Below, piece after piece: positions 55,406-64,000 of a stretch of 64,000 nt of DNA; positions within the stretch are counted from its first letter, which is position 1, and every line of letters starts with the position of its first letter. Source of the DNA: an uncultured Acidimicrobiales bacterium (GTDB lineage Bacteria > Actinomycetota > Acidimicrobiia > Acidimicrobiales > AC-14); NCBI GenBank assembly GCA_964479465.1, contig CAYZMG010000003.1, positions 56,812 through 120,811 of the forward strand, in the 5' to 3' direction. The translations under genes were made by a program, and so were the position numbers. Under the pieces are notes generated by a model. It saw only the letters and a list, made by a program, of their open reading frames with translations, was not told the DNA's origin and did no database searches.

Positions 55406-55420
55406 CGAACAAATGTTCGA
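55406..55420. promoter_or_regulatory. LexA (SOS) box upstream of dnaE2
   Basis: CGAACAAATGTTCGA is immediately followed by the -10-like TATACT. It lies 13 nt upstream of the dnaE2 ATG at 55433. Confidence 0.7.
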
Positions 55421-55432
55421 TATACTGGGGCA

Positions 55433-58681
<3,249 letters not shown>

Positions 58682-59038
58682 CTAACAGGCGACCTCGAAC
58701 CACACCCGCTTGGCACCGTCGCGCTCCCGCTCGACGCCCCATGCCGTCGCCAGCTCCTCGACGATGACCACGCCCCGCCCCGACACGTCGTCGAGGTGGG
58801 CGAGGCGCCGCACGGGGACGGCCGGGCTCCGGTCCTCTACGGCGACCCGCACGACGCATTCATCGACGGTCACCGCCAGCTCCGGTCCCGACCGGCCGTG
58901 GACAATGGCGTTGGTCACAACCTCGCTGGTGAGCAGCTCGACCGTGTCGACGACGACGTCGGGTACCTGGCGGCTCAGCAGGACATCGCGCACGAACCGG
59001 CGCGCCGCTCCCACGCTCGTCGGGTGTTGCGTAAGCAT
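58682..59038 (-). CDS. RsbW/SpoIIAB-like anti-sigma-type kinase (HATPase_c), orphan
   Basis: C-terminal 118 aa of ORF 58682..59590(-), from ATG 59038 (…AARRFVRDVL…LTSEVVTNAIVHG…SGRGVVIVEELATAWG). Confidence 0.7.
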   Translation of the reverse strand: MLTQHPTSVGAARRFVRDVLLSRQVPDVVVDTVELLTSEVVTNAIVHGRSGPELAVTVDECVVRVAVEDRSPAVPVRRLAHLDDVSGRGVVIVEELATAWGVERERDGAKRVWFEVAC

Positions 59039-59160
59039 GGTGCGAACTTCGATGTAGCGGATCTTAACGTCACGAAAGGGCGTTTCAGGACCGGGCGGTC
59101 TGGGAAAGAGGCCCAAATGGACGCCAGTACGCTCACGACGCAAGACCGAAGACCGCGTCG

Positions 59161-59676
59161 TCAGTAGGGCGACCCGGGCGCGGTGTCGTCCAGGACCAGC
59201 CCCATGATCACCGCGTCCCACAGCTGGCCGTTGCGCCGGGGATAGTGCCGGCGCAGAAGCCCTTCCTCCACGAAGCCGTGCCGGAGGTACAGCCGGCGGG
59301 CCGCGTCGTTGTGCGGCCACACCTGGAGAGCCACCTTGTGGGCGCCGAGGTCGCGGGCGGCGTCTATCACTCCCCGCACGAGGGCGCCCCCCACGCCGCG
59401 GCCCCGCCACCGCGAGTCGACCATCATCCCCAGGCCGGCGACCCCGTACGGCGTCATGTCGACCCGGGCGTGGCCGACCACCTCGCCGTCGACCAGGGCG
59501 ACGAGGGACGCGCACTGCTCGGAGGTCGTCTCCTCGAGGAAGCGGGCGTGCTGGGCGGGGCGGTCGACCGGCGGCTGGGTCCCGAGCCACTTCCCCTCTT
59601 CGACCACGGCGATGAACATGTCGACGATGGCGTCCACGTCGTCGGGGTCGGCCCGGCGGACGCCGACCACAGTCAC
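59161..59676 (-). CDS. GNAT-family N-acetyltransferase
   Basis: ORF 59161..59676(-). Acetyl-CoA motif is RWRGRGVGGALV. The C-terminal part is HNDAARRLYLRHGF. Confidence 0.8.
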   Translation of the reverse strand: MTVVGVRRADPDDVDAIVDMFIAVVEEGKWLGTQPPVDRPAQHARFLEETTSEQCASLVALVDGEVVGHARVDMTPYGVAGLGMMVDSRWRGRGVGGALVRGVIDAARDLGAHKVALQVWPHNDAARRLYLRHGFVEEGLLRRHYPRRNGQLWDAVIMGLVLDDTAPGSPY

Positions 59677-59737
59677 GAGACTGCCGTCTGCCGACGGCAG
59701 TCCCGTGATTGTTTGCTGGACCGACCTCCTGGGCCGG

Positions 59738-60508
59738 TCACGGAGACAGGACGGCCCCGAGGACCCTCCGACTCAGCGACCACGGGGTAAGGGAGGAGAT
59801 GCCGCTGAGGATGCGGTAGCCCAGGCCGGGCACGCACTGGGCCCGGTTCTCGGCCACTGCCCGCAGGCCGGCGCGGGCGACGCTGTCGGCCTTCATCCAC
59901 GCCACTCGCGGCAAGAACGACCGGTCGATGTCCGCCGCGCCGTGGAATTCGGTGGTGGTGAAGCCGGGCAGCAGGTTGGTGACCGAGACGCCCCGGCCGC
60001 GCACCTCCTCGTGCAGGGCGACGGTGAAGCTCGACAGGTACGCCTTGGTGGCCGCGTACGTGGCCACGTAGGGCATGGGCTGGAGGCCGGCGATCGACGA
60101 CACGTTGAGGATGCCGCCCCTGCCCTGGGGGAGCATGTGCTCCAGGGCGGCGTGGGTCAGGCGGACGGGCGCCAGCACGTTGAGGCGGATCTGGCGGTCC
60201 TGGCGGTCGAGGGGGATGTCGGCGAACGGTCCCTGGCCACCGACGCCGGCGTTGTTCACCAGCAGGTCGACGCCGGCCCGCAGCCGGTCCTCGACGGCCG
60301 CGAGCTGCCCGGGGTCGCTCATGTCGGCGACGAGCACCTCGACCTGCACACCGTGCCTGGTTCGGAGCTCGGTGGCCAGTTCTTCGAGGCGGTCCCGCCG
60401 GCGGGCGACGACCACGAGGTCGGAGCCGTCGGCGGCCAGGGCGACGGCGATGGCCCGGCCGATCCCGCTGGACGCTCCGGTGACGAGGGCGACGGGCCAG
60501 CGAACCAT
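59738..60508 (-). CDS. short-chain dehydrogenase/reductase (SDR)
   Basis: In ORF 59738..60589(-), ATG 60508 (…VALVTGASSGIGRA…NNAG…YAATKAY…). Confidence 0.85.
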   Translation of the reverse strand: MVRWPVALVTGASSGIGRAIAVALAADGSDLVVVARRRDRLEELATELRTRHGVQVEVLVADMSDPGQLAAVEDRLRAGVDLLVNNAGVGGQGPFADIPLDRQDRQIRLNVLAPVRLTHAALEHMLPQGRGGILNVSSIAGLQPMPYVATYAATKAYLSSFTVALHEEVRGRGVSVTNLLPGFTTTEFHGAADIDRSFLPRVAWMKADSVARAGLRAVAENRAQCVPGLGYRILSGISSLTPWSLSRRVLGAVLSP

Positions 60509-60627
60509 GGCCGCCGATGCTAGAGGCGGTGGCGCCCTCGCCCCGTTCTGGTTGCGTCTACCCGCGCATTCGGTGGGTAAGTGCAGCAAGAACGATCCTG
60601 TCTCACCCTCTCTCTATCGTTCCGGCT

Positions 60628-60819
60628 ATGGAGATTTCCTGTGACGACTGTGTGATGCAGGACAGCTGGGCGTGTGAGGACTGCGTGGTCACCTTCATCT
60701 GCGGGCGGGAGCCCGGAGAGGCGGTGGTGTTCGACGTGGCAGAGGCCCGAGCCGTGCGCCTGCTGGGAGAGGCAGGCCTCGTCCCACCCCTTCGCCAGCA
60801 GGTCAGAGCGGCCCGCTAG
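60628..60819 (+). CDS. small Cys-rich (CxxC…CxxC) hypothetical protein upstream of sepH
   Basis: In ORF 60517..60819(+), ATG 60628 (MEISCDDCVMQDSWACEDCVVTFICG…). Confidence 0.5.
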   Translation: MEISCDDCVMQDSWACEDCVVTFICGREPGEAVVFDVAEARAVRLLGEAGLVPPLRQQVRAAR

Positions 60820-60908
60820 AGGCGAGCATCACCCAACGGCCTTCGGGCCGAGTGGTACGGTCCGCACGAAATGGCCCGGTCTTCGGGCCGCTGGCACCGG
60901 GAGCCTGC

Positions 60909-62414
60909 TTGCGAAAGCTCCACCTCGTGGGGTTGACCACCGACCGCGACGGTTTGATCTTCACGGCCCGGAAGGGCTCGAAGTCGGGTGGGTACATCGT
61001 GCCCCTCGACAAGAAGGTGCTGGCCGCCATCGCCGCCGCAAGCGACTCGGCCAACGGCGATCCGGCGGAGAAGCCGGCGCCGAAGGGCGACGTCGAGGCG
61101 GTGCCCAAGCGGCTGCGCAGCGAGAGCGCCCTGACGCCCCGGGAGATGCAGGCTCGCCTGCGCTCCGGACGCACCATCGACGAGGTGGCGGCCGAGGCCG
61201 GCGTCGACACCGAGTGGGTGGCCCGCTTCGCGGTGCCGATCCTCGCCGAGCAGGCCCAGGTGGTGGAGCTGGCCCGGAGCGTGGTCTACGCCAAGCCCCG
61301 CTTGGGCGAGTCGAGCGAGCCGCTGGGTTCCTCGGTCGTGCAGAACCTGTCGGACCGGGGCGTCTTCATGCCCGACGATGTCCTCAACGCCGGCTGGAGC
61401 GCGTTCCAGCTCCACGACTCGGTGTGGATGGTGCGCTTCCGCTACCGGTCCCGGGGGCGCGACCAGGAGGCCCAGTGGGAGATCGACGTGCCCACCGGGC
61501 GCCTGCGGGCCCGGAACCGCCAGGCGTCCGACCTGGGCTACGTGGGGCCCGACCGCTGGCAGGGCGAAGAGGAACTGGACGAGCCGTCCGCCGAGACGCC
61601 GGCGCCGGCGCCGCCCGCCCGCCGGCGGGCCGCACCGGCCCCCAAGCCCGCACCGAGGTCGGCGCGCCCGGCCAAGAGGGGGGCAAAAGCGGCCAAGGCG
61701 ACCAAAGCGCGGACTCCCGCCCGCCGGGCGGCGGCCAGGGCCACGCCGGCCCCGCCGGCGAAGATCAAAGCGGCCAGAGCTTCAGCGGCCAGAACTTCAG
61801 CGGCGCGCAACGTCAAGTCGGCGCCGGCCGTCAAGAGGGCAGCGCCCCGGAAGGCCGCTGTTGCCACCCGGAAGGCCGCGGTTGCCACCCGGAGGGCGGC
61901 GCCCAAGACCACCGCCCGCCCGGCCCCGGCCAAGGCCGCCAGCCGGCGCCGGGCCACGAAGGCGGTGCCCGCCCCCGAGGCGGGGCCAGCGGCAGGTTCG
62001 GGCGGGGTGCGGATGGCCGTGGCCCGAGTCTCCACGGCGCGAGTGGCGGCCAGCATGGCCTCGGCTGACCGCGAACCGTGGGCGGCCGCCGTCCGGCGGG
62101 GGTCGCGAAGCGGCGCCGGCACGGCGGCGCCGCCCGGAGATTCGCAGTCCACGTTCAGGCCGGCGGCCTCCCGTGAAAGGGGGTCCGACCGGAAGGGGAC
62201 GGTGGGGCCGTTCGAGCCCCGACCCTTGCCCAAGCCCGGGAGCGAGCCGCCGGAACCGCGCATCCGCAAGGTCACCGTTCCCGCGCCTCGGGTTCCGGCC
62301 GGCGACGGCGTCGGGCCAGCCATCACCCTCCCCGCGCCCCGCCGCCAGGCGAAGGACACCGAGGCCCTGGCCTCCGGCGAGCGGCCGAAGCGGCGGCGGC
62401 TGCGGTCCCGCTGA
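60909..62414 (+). CDS. sepH: SepH (DUF3071) actinobacterial cell-division protein with long basic Ala/Arg/Lys tail
   Basis: In ORF 60852..62414(+), proposed TTG 60909 (RKLHLVGLTTDRDGLIFT…LTPREMQARLRSGRTIDEVAAEAGVDTEWVARFAVPILAEQ). The tail contains short in-frame tandem repeats (RKAAVAT x2). Confidence 0.8.
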   Translation: MRKLHLVGLTTDRDGLIFTARKGSKSGGYIVPLDKKVLAAIAAASDSANGDPAEKPAPKGDVEAVPKRLRSESALTPREMQARLRSGRTIDEVAAEAGVDTEWVARFAVPILAEQAQVVELARSVVYAKPRLGESSEPLGSSVVQNLSDRGVFMPDDVLNAGWSAFQLHDSVWMVRFRYRSRGRDQEAQWEIDVPTGRLRARNRQASDLGYVGPDRWQGEEELDEPSAETPAPAPPARRRAAPAPKPAPRSARPAKRGAKAAKATKARTPARRAAARATPAPPAKIKAARASAARTSAARNVKSAPAVKRAAPRKAAVATRKAAVATRRAAPKTTARPAPAKAASRRRATKAVPAPEAGPAAGSGGVRMAVARVSTARVAASMASADREPWAAAVRRGSRSGAGTAAPPGDSQSTFRPAASRERGSDRKGTVGPFEPRPLPKPGSEPPEPRIRKVTVPAPRVPAGDGVGPAITLPAPRRQAKDTEALASGERPKRRRLRSR

Positions 62415-62425
62415 CCCCCGACGCG

Positions 62426-63535
62426 GTGGCCCACGTGCTGGTCACCAACGACTTTCCGCCCAAGGTGGGCGGCATCCAGTCCTATCTCTGGGAGCTGTGG
62501 CGACGCCTGCCTCCCGACCGGGTGAGGGTGGTCACCACCACCCATCCCGACGCCGCCGCGTTCGACGCCAACCAACCGTTCGCCGTCCACCGCCACGCCA
62601 AAGTTCTGCTGCCCACGCCGGCCCTGGCCGCCACGATCAAGCGGGTGGCGGCCGAGGCGGACGCCGCGCTCGTCCTCCTCGACCCGGCCCTGCCCGTGGG
62701 CCTCCTCGGGCCCCACCTGGGCCTGCCCTACGGGGTCGTGCTCCACGGGGCCGAGGTCACCGTTCCCGCCCGCCTCCCGGTGGCCCGCCAGCTGCTTACC
62801 GGCGTGCTCAGGGGGGCGACGTGCGTTGTCGCCGCCGGCGGCTATCCGGCGGCCGAGGCCTTCCACCTGGCCGGCGACGGGCTACCGGTAACGGTCGTGC
62901 CCCCCGGGGTCGACGTCGAGCGCTTCCGGCCGCTGAGCCCCGAGGAGAGGCGCCGGGCACGCGTCGATGCGGGCCTGCCGGTCGACGGCAAGGTCGTCGT
63001 CGGCATGAGCCGGCTGGTGCCTCGGAAGGGCTTCGACGTGCTGATCGCCGCCGCCTCTCTCCTGGCTCCCATCCATCCCGACCTCACCGTCCTGATCGCC
63101 GGCACCGGCCGCGACCGCCGGCGCCTGGAGCGGCTGGTGGCGTCCACTGGGGCGCCGGTGCGACTCCTCGGGTTCGTGCCCGACCGCGACATGCCCGCCC
63201 TCCTCGGCTGCGCCGACGCCTTCGCCATGCCGTGCCGGAGCCGATGGGGCGGCTTGGAGCAGGAGGGCTTCGGCATCGTGTTCCTGGAGGCCGCGGCGTG
63301 CGGTGTGGCCGGCGTGGCCGGCTCCAGCGGGGGCTCGCAGGAGGCCGTGGCCCACGGCGAGACCGGGTTCGTCGTCCGCCGGCCCCAGGACCCGGTGGCG
63401 CTGGCCGCGGCACTCGCCCGCCTCCTGGATGACCCCGAGCTGTGCCGGACCATGGGCGCCGCCGCCCGCCGGCGGGCCGAGGCGCAGTTCTCCTACGACC
63501 ACCTGGCGACGCAGTTGGCGACGGCAATTCGGTGA
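62426..63535 (+). CDS. GT4-family glycosyltransferase (PimB-like)
   Basis: ORF 62426..63535(+). Carries VTNDFPPKVGGIQ and the C-terminal EGFGIVFLEAAACGVAGVAG…GETG motif. Confidence 0.85.
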   Translation: MAHVLVTNDFPPKVGGIQSYLWELWRRLPPDRVRVVTTTHPDAAAFDANQPFAVHRHAKVLLPTPALAATIKRVAAEADAALVLLDPALPVGLLGPHLGLPYGVVLHGAEVTVPARLPVARQLLTGVLRGATCVVAAGGYPAAEAFHLAGDGLPVTVVPPGVDVERFRPLSPEERRRARVDAGLPVDGKVVVGMSRLVPRKGFDVLIAAASLLAPIHPDLTVLIAGTGRDRRRLERLVASTGAPVRLLGFVPDRDMPALLGCADAFAMPCRSRWGGLEQEGFGIVFLEAAACGVAGVAGSSGGSQEAVAHGETGFVVRRPQDPVALAAALARLLDDPELCRTMGAAARRRAEAQFSYDHLATQLATAIR

Positions 63536-64000
63536 TTCAGAAAGCGTCGTGGGCCGGCACGGCCGTCTTCGCCGTCACCGCGGTCGCGGCCGCCGCCGCC
63601 CCGGAGACCTTCAAGCCAGTGGCACTCGTCACCGCCGTCGCGCTGTTCGTCGGCGGCTGCGGGATCTTTTTGTGGGCCTTCCTCCTGGTGGCGGCGCGCA
63701 GCCGCACCGACCAGATGGAGCAGGCCCAGATCTGGTTCCTCACCGGGCCGCCGACGCCCCCTGAGGTGCGCCGGAGCCTGCTCGGCGCCCTGGCCGTCCA
63801 GGTGGTGATCGGTCTCGCCACCGCCGGCGTGCGGCCCTATACCAGCCTGGCCGCCGGCGTGCTCGTCCCCATGTGGGGGCTCGGCCTGTGCGGGCTGTGG
63901 GCGGCGCGCCACGGGGCGTTCCCCGCCCGCCCGCCGGATCCGAGACGTCCCGGTCCGGGCCTACCATCGCCCCATGCCGATCGACGAGAGCAGGATCCGT
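63532..64000 (+). CDS. membrane protein (3' end beyond window)
   Basis: Own translation from GTG 63532, which overlaps the upstream stop (GTGA): VIQKASWAGTAVFAVTAVAAA…VALFVGGCGIFLWAFLLVAA…LAVQVVIGLATAG…VPMWGLGLCGLWAA. The frame stays open to the window end. Absent from the ORF track because no stop is reached. Confidence 0.5.
   Translation, partial: MIQKASWAGTAVFAVTAVAAAAAPETFKPVALVTAVALFVGGCGIFLWAFLLVAARSRTDQMEQAQIWFLTGPPTPPEVRRSLLGALAVQVVIGLATAGVRPYTSLAAGVLVPMWGLGLCGLWAARHGAFPARPPDPRRPGPGLPSPHADRREQDP

Noticed and set aside
61378-63432. 684-aa plus-strand ORF spanning sepH and the glycosyltransferase
   Set aside because: It is an Arg/Pro/Gly-rich alternative frame overlapping two genes that have clear family signatures. 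This is a typical high-GC spurious ORF.

Overview
High-GC chromosomal segment. Hand counts of single 60-nt lines give roughly 68-77% GC. Actinomycetota hallmarks are present: a WhiB-family regulator with an AT-hook, SepH/DUF3071, HU with a Lys/Ala tail, CofC/FbiD, and ImuA'-ImuB-DnaE2 behind TCGAAC-N4-GTTCGA-type SOS boxes. I support about 70 protein-coding genes, many chained by 1-4 nt stop/start overlaps. I saw no rRNA, tRNA, CRISPR array, transposase or integrase. Most content is housekeeping or regulatory: three PP2C/RsbW-type signalling modules, an OmpR/HK pair, MoxR-DUF58-VWA, copper oxidase plus cupredoxin, and the gpsA/rpiB/rnhB core genes. The most unusual locus is 28.7-35.0 kb, an archaeal-style four-gene nurA-herA-mre11-rad50 cluster. 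There the nurA-herA spacer is a hairpin-dense 173-bp unit present as a near-perfect tandem duplication. The duplication creates a 57-codon uORF whose stop overlaps the herA start. I cannot show this is undescribed, and an assembly artefact must be excluded first. Other notable items: (1) a LAGLIDADG intein inserted inside the CX3CX2C motif of a radical SAM gene; (2) a whiB7-like attenuator leader; (3) an SOS mutasome split by a low-GC islet that is bordered by three decaying hairpin repeats; (4) a 46-bp palindromic repeat present twice; (5) a second, diverged gene-junction duplication; (6) a split ArgZ/AgrE-like gene pair; (7) two frameshifted genes. All functional calls rest on motif recognition by eye, since no database search was possible.
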